Source: a virus
Lineage: Duplodnaviria; Caudoviricetes
Length of the DNA stretch: 31,815 nucleotides
Virus record (IMG/VR): IMGVR_UViG_3300047301_000066
Span: 1 to 31,815 of that record
Reading direction: 5' to 3' (one strand)
The notes under the pieces were generated by a model that did no database searches, was not told the DNA's origin, and was given only the letters and a program-made list of their open reading frames with translations. Position 1 is the stretch's first letter. The number at the start of each line of letters is the position of its first letter. The translations under genes and the position numbers were made by a program. Below are positions 1 through 8,351 of this stretch, piece after piece.

Positions 1-12
1 TTCTTCATTCAT
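1..12 (-). CDS. 5' end of a gene running off the window (MNEE...)
   Basis: AGGAG RBS followed by ATG at 12-10 on the minus strand; only 4 codons are visible. Confidence 0.35.
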
Positions 13-68
13 ACGGTCTCCTGTGCCCAGTGGGCTCTTGTAGTATCGGCCTTATGCATAGGCTAGAG

Positions 69-323
69 TTAAAAAGCTGCGTATGCTACGTAGAATGCGT
101 CAGACACCGGTAAGGCCTGGAGTGCTTCCAGACGAACTGTAGTGGCCTGTGGTACACGATAGCCTCCGCCGCAGGGCAGTATAGCTCCAGACCACAAACA
201 CGCTTGCAGGGCCTGTCTAGCGGGCAGGACGCGGTTGCTGAAGAACTTACGGGCTAGGTCGCGCTCGGTAACGCCGGGGTTGAGTGTTATGTAGTTGAGG
301 ACTAGTGTGGTGTTGGTGGTCAT
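69..323 (-). CDS. small hypothetical protein, possible winged-helix DNA-binding fold
   Basis: Likely start MTTNTTLVLNYI at 323. The pattern VLNYITLNPGVTERDLARKF...GAI...GGYRV resembles wHTH proteins. Confidence 0.5.
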   Translation of the reverse strand: MTTNTTLVLNYITLNPGVTERDLARKFFSNRVLPARQALQACLWSGAILPCGGGYRVPQATTVRLEALQALPVSDAFYVAYAAF

Positions 324-343
324 GCCGTACCTAGGGCCGAGGC

Positions 344-931
344 TTAGTCTGTGGACGACTCGCCCCCGGTCATTTTTTTCTTGCGCCACCACTCTTTTTT
401 GATGTCAGATATTCGGCGCTTGGTCTCCTCAGACATGGAGAGCTTAGCATTCGATAGTTTTTGTCTCGTTGCCTCAGATATGGGCGCACGATCTCGATTT
501 GCCTGCGCGACCTTTGCCTTGGTCTCAGGAGACTGTTTCTTTCCTAGGTTTGCAGCCCGCAGTTTTTCTTTTGTTTCATCGGAGTGACCAAATCCAGTAG
601 GTCTAGTGCGCCTAATCCCAAGGCAACTACCAGCCATGGGGCAGATATTATACCCTTTCTCGGTCGCCTTATAGTAATCGATAAAAGTTTGTTCTACCGC
701 CACCAGATGTAGCAGATTATCTACGGGCTCTATAATCTCAAATTTGAATGCGGATTCACCATGGAGGATCCAATCGTCTTGTAGTTTTGCAGAGTGATGT
801 TTTCCTAGATTAAGATCGGATTTGTGATTTATCCATCTTTTGTGGATGTTGCTAGAAGCGCCGACATAGACTTTTCCATCAACTGTATTTTTAATTAGAT
901 AAACTCCAGAATTGCAAGATTCAAGCTTCAT
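344..931 (-). CDS. GIY-YIG homing endonuclease with NUMOD3-like repeats
   Basis: SGVYLIKN...VYVGAS...KRW..H, EQ..ID, GYN motifs; repeats HSDETKEKL, QSPETKAKV, ISEATRQKL, MSEETKRRI. The ATG at 931 overlaps the upstream stop. Confidence 0.9.
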   Translation of the reverse strand: MKLESCNSGVYLIKNTVDGKVYVGASSNIHKRWINHKSDLNLGKHHSAKLQDDWILHGESAFKFEIIEPVDNLLHLVAVEQTFIDYYKATEKGYNICPMAGSCLGIRRTRPTGFGHSDETKEKLRAANLGKKQSPETKAKVAQANRDRAPISEATRQKLSNAKLSMSEETKRRISDIKKEWWRKKKMTGGESSTD

Positions 932-2153
932 CGTCTGCTCCTGGGTAACCGGTCGAGGTATTGTTGGCGGTAATGCGGAATAAACTAGTGACCCGAGCTG
1001 TCGGAACCGCAGGAGCAATTACGGCTGGAGTAACCAGTTCCTCTGGAGGACTCCACCGGCTACCGATAGACGACCGGGACATTGTCCAACCACGAGCCCG
1101 CAACACAGTAGCGAAACCTTTATCGTCCAAGGAAACCTTCATGCCTTGTTGTTTGGCGAAGTCGCTCAGGTCTTTCAGCAAGTCACGCAGAGCCCAAAAC
1201 TCTTTACCAGCGGCAGTGTACTGAGGCTTGGCGGACAACCCAATGCAGAACCACTCTGCCACCGGGTCTCTGGTTAAACCGGCCTGGACGCCCTTTAAAG
1301 CAGCCAGGTGGGGCACTAGAGGGCTCTCTGCCCGAGGATCCACACTCGCCCAGTACGCCGTGAAGTCATACGAGTTGATGGCAGACCAGTCTAGCTTGGG
1401 CAGGCATTCTATCTCGAAGTACCGACGCATACCAGAGTCTTTGATTTGTTCTTTCAGACGTGTATTCGTAGCTCCGATAATCGTGGATTTGTTAACCATA
1501 GACTGGCGACCATTGGTGCCAAGTGGCCGGTACTCAATCGACGTGGACGTAATAAAGTTTTTCAGAGCATCTACGTCTGACTTTGAAGCACCTTGTAGCT
1601 CATCAGCTAGGTTGATGTACTTACCGGCGATACCGGCAACAGCTCGGTCATCTGATAACTCGTTAAATTTTAACGTACCCCACAAACTAGGGTGCAGCGG
1701 GCTAAGGAATTTCTCCCAAAATGTAGACTTACCGGATCCTTGCTCTGCCGAGTACAATACAACGCATACGTGGTTAGTAACCTTCAAGCCAAGCATCTTA
1801 CGTTTTACTTGCCATACGGTGTGCTTTAGAACCGCACTGCACATATCACGCTTGGAGGCCTGGGTGGAAGCTAGAACAAAGTCAATAGGGTCTACGTCCA
1901 GCTCGACGATATCCACTTCAGCTACGGATTCACGGTGTAATTCTCGCTCGTTACTGCACAAATCTCCTAGAAAATCTCGGAACTCATGTTCTCCACCAAA
2001 ATATCCGCTCAAACGGAGACCAGTGCGCAGTTTGTCTACGTAGTCGATATCCTGCATACAATCTAGTGCGCTGGTTTTATTGTTGACTAGCGTATCACGA
2101 ATACGGTTATAACGGTCCTGTGGCGTAATTTTGGGTGATTTATCTGTGGACAT
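921..2153 (-). CDS. VapE/VirE-like P-loop ATPase (primase-associated helicase type)
   Basis: Walker A EQGSGKST, Walker B INLADEL, then LKNFITS...YRPLG, IIGATN and RRYF, as in the VapE family. Confidence 0.8.
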   Translation of the reverse strand: MSTDKSPKITPQDRYNRIRDTLVNNKTSALDCMQDIDYVDKLRTGLRLSGYFGGEHEFRDFLGDLCSNERELHRESVAEVDIVELDVDPIDFVLASTQASKRDMCSAVLKHTVWQVKRKMLGLKVTNHVCVVLYSAEQGSGKSTFWEKFLSPLHPSLWGTLKFNELSDDRAVAGIAGKYINLADELQGASKSDVDALKNFITSTSIEYRPLGTNGRQSMVNKSTIIGATNTRLKEQIKDSGMRRYFEIECLPKLDWSAINSYDFTAYWASVDPRAESPLVPHLAALKGVQAGLTRDPVAEWFCIGLSAKPQYTAAGKEFWALRDLLKDLSDFAKQQGMKVSLDDKGFATVLRARGWTMSRSSIGSRWSPPEELVTPAVIAPAVPTARVTSLFRITANNTSTGYPGADDEA

Positions 2154-2843
2154 ATGTTTTCCTGTTTAAAATAGCTATAGCGGGCTGGGACTTGACTCTG
2201 TGTTATCCAGGAGCTATATCCTGGCGGGCTGGTCACCGTCGGCTGCGTACAGCCGGCCACATTAAGTCCGGTATGGGAGGAGAAACGAACCCATACCTAA
2301 AGACACTGAGGAACTTACTCTGTGTCTCTGTTCTATGTACATCTCTAAGCATAGATTCGGACGATTTATTTGTGGGGCCTGTATAACGTGGTGGGGCCGT
2401 AGGCCTAAAGTATTAACCCATGGGTCTGCGACGCTACAAAACAAAGAAGAACACGGAGATGTTTGGAGAAGTGAGGGGTATGTATGGAGAGTGTAGGGGA
2501 AAGTACAGGACCCTACATCTTTAAAACGGCTCCCTACCGCCTTCAAAGAAGGCGAGTGTAGGGAGTGTAGGCTATATAACAACTTTAAAGAGAGGTATAT
2601 AGGGAATAGGGGGGCCCCCACGCCCTATATCGGTGGGGGAGCGTAATACACCGAACACCACATTTGCGGGAGGTCTGAGTTTTTGGGTGCACAGCCCACC
2701 ACACTACACACTTGCTCCTAAAACGGCTTCCCAGAGCCATTTTAGCTATGTATGGTCGTGTATGGTCAGCCTACACACCCCACTCCCGCCTACACATCCA
2801 GGGTGCACCCTGCACCCCCGGGCTATTCGGTGTACAAATATAT
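2154..2843. other. divergent non-coding control region rich in hairpins and repeats (candidate origin, terminus or structured RNA)
   Basis: No credible ORF; more than 10 inverted repeats; GAGTGTAGG x3; TAAAACGGCT x2; 14-bp palindrome CAGGGTGCACCCTG at 2799-2812. Confidence 0.65.
2819..2843 (+). promoter_or_regulatory. putative phage promoter motif (CGGGCT-N10-CAAA), near-leaderless
   Basis: CGGGCT attcggtgta CAAA tatat ATG(2844); no Shine-Dalgarno. Confidence 0.5.
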
Positions 2844-3281
2844 ATGACCCCCACCACTCTACTCGCCCTGGACCCTTCACTAACTAACACGGGCTGGGCC
2901 GTATATACCGGGGGCGTACTTGTCCAGTCCGGGTGTCTAGGCAAAGTTACCGTGAAGTCTTTCTACGCAAAACTTACTGCGTTGCTTGCCGACTACTCGC
3001 CAGACTTTGTAATTACAGAGGATGTGTTTTGTGGACCAAACAAACAAACTTATAAAAAACTCTGCTGGCTACAAGGCGTAATACTGTCTCAATGTTCCCC
3101 AATTATCAAAACCCCTCATTTGTGGAGGGCTGAGTGGACTGCTATTACGGGAGTCGTGCTGCCCAAAGGAAAAGGGTCTGGCCCATTAATTAAAAAGTTA
3201 TTACAGGAGCACTACTCTACCAAAACAAACGATGAAGCCGAAGCGTGCGCCATTGGATTAACAGGAATAACACATGAGTAA
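2844..3281 (+). CDS. RuvC-like Holliday junction resolvase
   Basis: LLALDPSLTNTGWAV, VITED and NDEAEACAIG match the RuvC catalytic pattern; likely start at 2844. Confidence 0.85.
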   Translation: MTPTTLLALDPSLTNTGWAVYTGGVLVQSGCLGKVTVKSFYAKLTALLADYSPDFVITEDVFCGPNKQTYKKLCWLQGVILSQCSPIIKTPHLWRAEWTAITGVVLPKGKGSGPLIKKLLQEHYSTKTNDEAEACAIGLTGITHE

Positions 3282-3489
3282 AATAGTTGGAGCATAAAAC
3301 GCAGAAAGGGAGTGACTCCGCCACTCCCAATCCCGTTGTTTAGTTAGCCCGAGAACCGGACTAGCCAACTTACACCGCAGGACTGTACACCAAGAATAAC
3401 TGCTTCTTCCATCGATTGTATTTGCATACCTACCTTTACCTTTATCCATAGCCAGCTACTAATTGTAATTGGTTACTAGAGTACACTGA

Positions 3490-3511
3490 TGGGTGTGCTG
3501 TTATCCAAACA
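3490..3511 (+). promoter_or_regulatory. putative phage promoter motif (TGGGTG-N10-CAAA)
   Basis: TGGGTG tgctgttatc CAAA c AT, then AGGAG RBS and GTG at 3524. Confidence 0.5.
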
Positions 3512-3523
3512 TAGGAGTCATAA

Positions 3524-3859
3524 GTGAAACTTAAAAATCTATACCGCACAGGCCTGAAAGACGAGTACGTAAAGGGAGCCACCCTAAGCCCGAACTTGGC
3601 TGTGTTTCGGTGCGTTACCCAGTCAGACCTAGAAGCAAAAACTAACGCAATTATCCTCACCGGTGGACAAGCAGAAGCCACGATGGGTGTGGTGTTGTAC
3701 GAACTCCTAAGCTGCGGGGCTGTGTTCCAAGAACGGTGGGATTGCGCCCCCGGGGATCACTTCTTGCTCAGCCACCTGGCCGGTGATAAACTTGGGGTTT
3801 ACGTATTTGCTCAAGCAGATGATATCGTACTCCGTTGGGGTAAGGAAATATATGAGTGA
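3524..3859 (+). CDS. GroES/Cpn10-like co-chaperonin (divergent)
   Basis: EAKTNAIILTGGQAE resembles the mobile loop (EEKTKGGIILPD); DCAPGDHFLLSHLAG resembles VKVGDKVLFSKYAG; ends in DDIV; 111 aa; AGGAG RBS. Confidence 0.6.
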   Translation: MKLKNLYRTGLKDEYVKGATLSPNLAVFRCVTQSDLEAKTNAIILTGGQAEATMGVVLYELLSCGAVFQERWDCAPGDHFLLSHLAGDKLGVYVFAQADDIVLRWGKEIYE

Positions 3860-4355
3860 ATGCAATATGAAGTCTGGCGTATATCAAATTGTGTGTCGAG
3901 CGACTGGCGAGCGATATATTGGAAGCTCCAACAATATCCCTGTTCGATTTGCGAAACACCGGTACAAGCTAGGGCTAGGCAGCCATGACAATTATAGACT
4001 GCAGTCTGCTTGGAACCTTTATGGAAAAGAGCAGTTCCACTTTGGGGTTATCGTGTATTGCGACAGTGAAGATTTGCGAATTAAAGAGCAAAATTACATG
4101 GATGTTATGAATCCATCTTTCAATATATGCCCCAGTGCTTTTGGTTCAACGGGAGTCAAAAGGCGCCAGAAAACAAAAGATGCAGTCAGGATTGCAAAAC
4201 TAGGTACTGGTAAAGGGTATTGTTTTCACAAACGAGACAAATGCTGGCAGGCCGCAGTTAATATTGGACCCAACAAGCAAAAAACTTTTAGATTTTCTAT
4301 TGAGAGTGATGCAATTAACTTCATAGCAAAATACCGCGAGGACATCTCCAAATGA
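3852..4355 (+). CDS. GIY-YIG homing endonuclease with C-terminal AP2-like domain
   Basis: SGVYQIVC...YIGSS..RFAKH, EQNYMD, FNIC; C-terminus KGYCFHKRDKCWQAAV. Likely start 3852 after AAGGA. Confidence 0.85.
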   Translation: MSECNMKSGVYQIVCRATGERYIGSSNNIPVRFAKHRYKLGLGSHDNYRLQSAWNLYGKEQFHFGVIVYCDSEDLRIKEQNYMDVMNPSFNICPSAFGSTGVKRRQKTKDAVRIAKLGTGKGYCFHKRDKCWQAAVNIGPNKQKTFRFSIESDAINFIAKYREDISK

Positions 4356-4624
4356 CCAGTGACTCCTTACGAGCTTTGCTCGCCCAACACGGTACTGCTG
4401 CGGTGGACATCCTCAAAGACGCCCTAGCAGATCCGCTGTGTCCAAAGAAACTTAAATTAGACGTAGCCCGGTACATTATAGACGTGGTAGTTGCGGGTAG
4501 TGACTCACAAACCCCCAATGATAATCTCGCAAAAATACAAGCGTTGTTATCGGTCAAACTACCGCCGACTCCACCTGCGGCCGCCCCAGCCCCCAAGCGT
4601 AAACGCGGAGCCCCTAAAGTATGA
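4352..4624 (+). CDS. putative terminase small subunit
   Basis: Small helical protein with a basic tail, ATGA-coupled directly upstream of the large terminase (positional inference). Confidence 0.5.
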   Translation: MTSDSLRALLAQHGTAAVDILKDALADPLCPKKLKLDVARYIIDVVVAGSDSQTPNDNLAKIQALLSVKLPPTPPAAAPAPKRKRGAPKV

Positions 4625-6090
4625 ATCCAGACACACTTGCTAGCATAGCTAAGCTTCTGAAGACTTTAAATCAAGCCACAGGCACGCTAGACGAGTGGGT
4701 GCTGTACCCCCACCAGCTAGATCTGCTCGCAGCTGCGTGCTCTACACGTCGTTTAATCGTGCTTAAAGCTCGGCAGCTTGGTTCTTCTAGCGTGTGTACG
4801 TTCTATATGTTGATGCAAGCCATTGCTAACACAGGATTCCACGTAGGTATTGTGGCGGACTCATACGACAACGCCCAGGAACTCCTTGCAAAGATAAAAG
4901 ACTATTGTGCCCAGCTTGGTATCGCTACTACGACGGAGAACACTCGTAAGATAGTTTTAGCTAACGGTTCTAGTTTGTCCGCTATCACGGTGAACTCAGG
5001 CATCGGCAAAGAAAACAAAGCAGGCCGGTCTAAAACGTACCACGCGTTGTTGTTATCCGAGTGTGCATATTACCGCAATAGTTTCGCCGTGTTTGCTTCG
5101 TTAACCAGCGCGCTAATACCTGGCGGGCAAATCATCATCGAGTCAACCGCTACACCACAACCAACGATCTTTAAACACATTTGGAACAGCGATTTGTCCG
5201 AGTACACAAAAGTCTTTTATTCTTGCGAGGTCCACCCCAACTACAAAGACAATCCCGCCGATATACCTGATGACGTGTATCAGTCCCTAGCTACCCGGTG
5301 GGGCTTTACCGACCGATCTACTGCAGCCTTTTGGATGCGCAAACTTAACGTAGATTTCGGTGGAGACATACAAAAACTTCTACGGGAATTCCCTGTATTG
5401 CCCGAACACGCGTGGGCAGCCGCTAGTGGCCGCTGGATCAACGTAGATCCTCCGCTGGCCACGGTCACAGGTTACCTAGGAGACACGACGTGCTTCTATC
5501 CTACGTCGTTTGGCGGGCATTACATTGTAGGTGTGGACATTGCCTCAGGCACAGGCAGAGACTCTAGCGCTGTGCTGGTGTGGGACTTGGTGCATCGACG
5601 CGTAGTAGCGTTGTGGCACTCTAATACAACCCAGATGGACGGCCTAGCAGCGGTAATAAAGTCTATTAATGCGGCGTACAAACCTATTGCGATTGTTGCA
5701 GAGCGCAACGGTATCGGCGGTGGACTACCAGGATATTTTACGGGACTTACGTTGCCTATGATATACCACACCACCACAGAAGCTACCAAATACTCTAGTT
5801 TGTTGCAGGTTAAGCGGGTATTGGAGGCAGGTGCTTGTGCAGACCAGCAGTTCTCCACAGAAGCGCAGCAACTTACTTACGATCTGGTCGGTGAAAAAGA
5901 AAGATTTTCTCACGCAGGCGATACATTAATGGCACTGGCGATGTGTTTACACTATGAGCGGCAGTTCGAATACGTTACGACCCAGCCAGCCCCGCGTCCT
6001 CCAGTACCAGAAGGCCACTATGACATGGACCGGGCGCTACGCAAAGTAGAAAAACGCCGCCGACAAGACGCAGCCCGTGGTATATTCTGA
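4621..6090 (+). CDS. terL: terminase large subunit
   Basis: LYPHQ, LKARQLGSS (Walker A), LLLSECA (Walker B), IIIESTA coupling motif, nuclease motif IVGVDIASGTGRDSS. Confidence 0.92.
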   Translation: MNPDTLASIAKLLKTLNQATGTLDEWVLYPHQLDLLAAACSTRRLIVLKARQLGSSSVCTFYMLMQAIANTGFHVGIVADSYDNAQELLAKIKDYCAQLGIATTTENTRKIVLANGSSLSAITVNSGIGKENKAGRSKTYHALLLSECAYYRNSFAVFASLTSALIPGGQIIIESTATPQPTIFKHIWNSDLSEYTKVFYSCEVHPNYKDNPADIPDDVYQSLATRWGFTDRSTAAFWMRKLNVDFGGDIQKLLREFPVLPEHAWAAASGRWINVDPPLATVTGYLGDTTCFYPTSFGGHYIVGVDIASGTGRDSSAVLVWDLVHRRVVALWHSNTTQMDGLAAVIKSINAAYKPIAIVAERNGIGGGLPGYFTGLTLPMIYHTTTEATKYSSLLQVKRVLEAGACADQQFSTEAQQLTYDLVGEKERFSHAGDTLMALAMCLHYERQFEYVTTQPAPRPPVPEGHYDMDRALRKVEKRRRQDAARGIF

Positions 6091-6139
6091 GGCATGCTAT
6101 CAATAATAACCCAATAGTTCCTCAACCAGGAGAATAATT

Positions 6140-6562
6140 TTGCAAAAGAACCCATACATCGTAGGAAATGACACACCACAGAACTGGGGAACCCCTAGCA
6201 TCACCCAGGCTGAGCTATTGCAGCCGTTACTAGAAGACCTGGATGACGTGCAAACCGAACTCGCCGCCAGAGTATTTTTGTTCTGTGAACTTTATTTGAC
6301 TCCCACACAATATCGCCGGTGGATGAGTTACTTTACGCTGGGTAGCATTAAAGAAGTTGCCGCTGCTGAAGGGGTGTCTGCTACTGCAATAGCGAAGTCA
6401 ATTAACGGCACACGCCCAGGTGAGTCCTCGGCATCTAGGTTGAAGTCCCCGGTAGTAAAGTTGCGAGAAATTATCTATGCTGACCTGGTAGTTCAAGAAC
6501 TTCTTGCTAAGATCGCCGCCATTCAAGTTCAAATCAACGACATCGCTCAAAACACGTATTAA
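6140..6562 (+). CDS. HTH protein resembling sigma-70 region 4; candidate transcription regulator
   Basis: LTPTQYRRW...GSIKEVAAAEGVSATAIAKSI; TTG start with AGGAG RBS. Confidence 0.65.
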   Translation: MQKNPYIVGNDTPQNWGTPSITQAELLQPLLEDLDDVQTELAARVFLFCELYLTPTQYRRWMSYFTLGSIKEVAAAEGVSATAIAKSINGTRPGESSASRLKSPVVKLREIIYADLVVQELLAKIAAIQVQINDIAQNTY

Positions 6563-6570
6563 GGAAACAC

Positions 6571-6885
6571 ATGACTACCGCTATTACCCCCAAGCCCACT
6601 GTTGCCAGCCTAACCCAGGAACTTGCTGAAGCTAATGCTAGACTAGACGAACGAGAGGCCCTATTAGACGTGCTACTAACCGAGCTGTTGACGTCAAAAG
6701 ATTTTATTTGTACGCACATTAGAATGCTGTGTGTTGCTTCAGGCGGAGAGATCGACTTGCAGATCCTAGCCACCAAGTACGGTATGAACATGGCTCACAT
6801 CGGGCACATCGATGCCGCTGGGCAGCACTTTGTAGCCCGTGGTATGTTGCTCCGCGGACCACGAGTAGGAACTTACCGAATTTAA
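6571..6885 (+). CDS. hypothetical protein with N-terminal coiled coil
   Basis: AAGGA RBS; its stop shares TTAA with the convergent gene. Confidence 0.65.
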   Translation: MTTAITPKPTVASLTQELAEANARLDEREALLDVLLTELLTSKDFICTHIRMLCVASGGEIDLQILATKYGMNMAHIGHIDAAGQHFVARGMLLRGPRVGTYRI

Positions 6886-8321
6886 GTGTCGAAGATCGGT
6901 AGTCTAATACCCTCTAGGGTAACTGTGCACTGGGTCCACAAATACTCAGCAGGCCAGCCCCTGGTGGGTGCTAGAGCAATACTGGGCCCGGTAAGTCCTA
7001 GTGGGATATCCAACCCACCTACCCCACTACCCGGCTCTTCATAAGCATACGTCGTGCTGGTGGTTAGTACGGTGATGTTGTGCGAGGAATCTGTACGGAA
7101 AGTACAAGTAATTTTGTACCGAGATACTTTGCCGTCATCTGCACCGGTTTTGATTTGGCACGTTAGGTCCCACTCTACGTTATAAAAACAATCAGCTGGT
7201 AGGATTTCAGGGTCGGTTAAAGATATCGTTTCAGGTCCTACTCGGCCCACTGCCATCACAGAAGTAATCTGAAAATTGTTCGATTGCCACTGTGACCGAA
7301 AGGTATTGGTAGCTAGCGGAGGATCCACTCCTCCTATGTAGGTACGCCCAGGCATTGCGGTTGAATGCGCGATGAGTTGTCTGCTAGCGGCAAATACATG
7401 CCCGCCACTTCCACCTATAAACGTCCATCCACCGTAATCCCCAAAAGTTTGGATGCCAAGACCCGTAAAGACGTTGCCATCTCCGCACGTAGGTGATACG
7501 CTAAATCCAGGCACAAATGGTTCGAATTGTACGAGTGATGTTATGCCGCTAAAGGTATTGCGGGCAAATCCAGGGGTGGTACGGATAATAAGTTGATTTT
7601 CTGTGGATACGCCCGACAACCCAGCAACGTTTTGTACGCCACACCCCACTAGAACTGCGCGCTGGGTATTTAGGCCCATAGAAGTAGGGGTAAGGGCGGT
7701 GTTGTCTAGTATGATACCGTCTATAGAACTACCGGTATAAGCTACGGTGGAGATGTCTCCAAACCCGGAGTCGTAGAATAATCCAGTTGAATCATATGTG
7801 CCGAATACATTATACAACGACGTGGCCTTTAGGTCAAACACGTTCACAATAGGAGCTGCTAGTGCGTGGGCAACCAGATCAGTGCCATCTCCACCCAGGT
7901 CACACGCCACCAACGCCCCAAACGTAGGTGCATTTAATGAATTTATATTTAGCCCATTAAACGTATAGTTTCCCAAGCACGGACTAGTCGTCATAAGTCC
8001 GAAGTCAAACACGGGCATACTGGTTTGGGTTTCGTTCCAGTCATACGATATCACATTAGGACCCGCCGATAACCTAGCTCCGTTAATTGCAGAGATAGTT
8101 ATTTGGCGAGGTGTGTCGCCGGGCTGATTAAACGCCCGCAAAACAATTGGCTCTGTGATTACGATATCACCAGCGATTTGGATATCACCCACTCCGTCTG
8201 GCCGACCATACACAGTAGTTAAAGCAGTGCGGAGTTCACCTGCAGTAAAAACTTGAATTGTTGCCGCCATTTGGCGGGTAGCTGCAGCTCCGTACGTGCG
8301 CCCCACAAAACCTAGGCCCAT
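6882..8321 (-). CDS. putative virion protein, possibly beta-helix tailspike-like
   Basis: Start 8321 after GGAGG; TAGELRTAL...IQIAGDIVITEPIVL...ITIS resembles a beta-helix N-cap; rich in T, G, S and N. Confidence 0.5.
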   Translation of the reverse strand: MGLGFVGRTYGAAATRQMAATIQVFTAGELRTALTTVYGRPDGVGDIQIAGDIVITEPIVLRAFNQPGDTPRQITISAINGARLSAGPNVISYDWNETQTSMPVFDFGLMTTSPCLGNYTFNGLNINSLNAPTFGALVACDLGGDGTDLVAHALAAPIVNVFDLKATSLYNVFGTYDSTGLFYDSGFGDISTVAYTGSSIDGIILDNTALTPTSMGLNTQRAVLVGCGVQNVAGLSGVSTENQLIIRTTPGFARNTFSGITSLVQFEPFVPGFSVSPTCGDGNVFTGLGIQTFGDYGGWTFIGGSGGHVFAASRQLIAHSTAMPGRTYIGGVDPPLATNTFRSQWQSNNFQITSVMAVGRVGPETISLTDPEILPADCFYNVEWDLTCQIKTGADDGKVSRYKITCTFRTDSSHNITVLTTSTTYAYEEPGSGVGGLDIPLGLTGPSIALAPTRGWPAEYLWTQCTVTLEGIRLPIFDT

Positions 8322-8351
8322 ATTGTCCTCCACTCTGAAACCATGTGTACC

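Noticed and set aside
1228-2043. 271-aa + strand ORF and many other antisense ORFs in the track (e.g. 8296-8859, 15990-16945, 25468-26019)
   Set aside because: Shadows of well-supported genes on the opposite strand, with no motifs or RBS.
2180-2430. Fragments reminiscent of twister (GUCCCAGCCCG), pistol (CGUGGU..GGGCC) and c-di-GMP-I (GGCCUAAA) RNAs
   Set aside because: The required pairing partners and conserved cores are missing.
2135-2887. ORFs 2135-2386, 2262-2621, 2633-2887 and the 2712 extension of the resolvase
   Set aside because: Unprotein-like composition and no RBS; the region is better explained as structured non-coding DNA.
6097-6113. Minus-strand TGGGTT-N11-CATG near the terL end
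   Set aside because: Lacks YAAR and points antisense with no downstream gene, so it was not counted as a motif copy.
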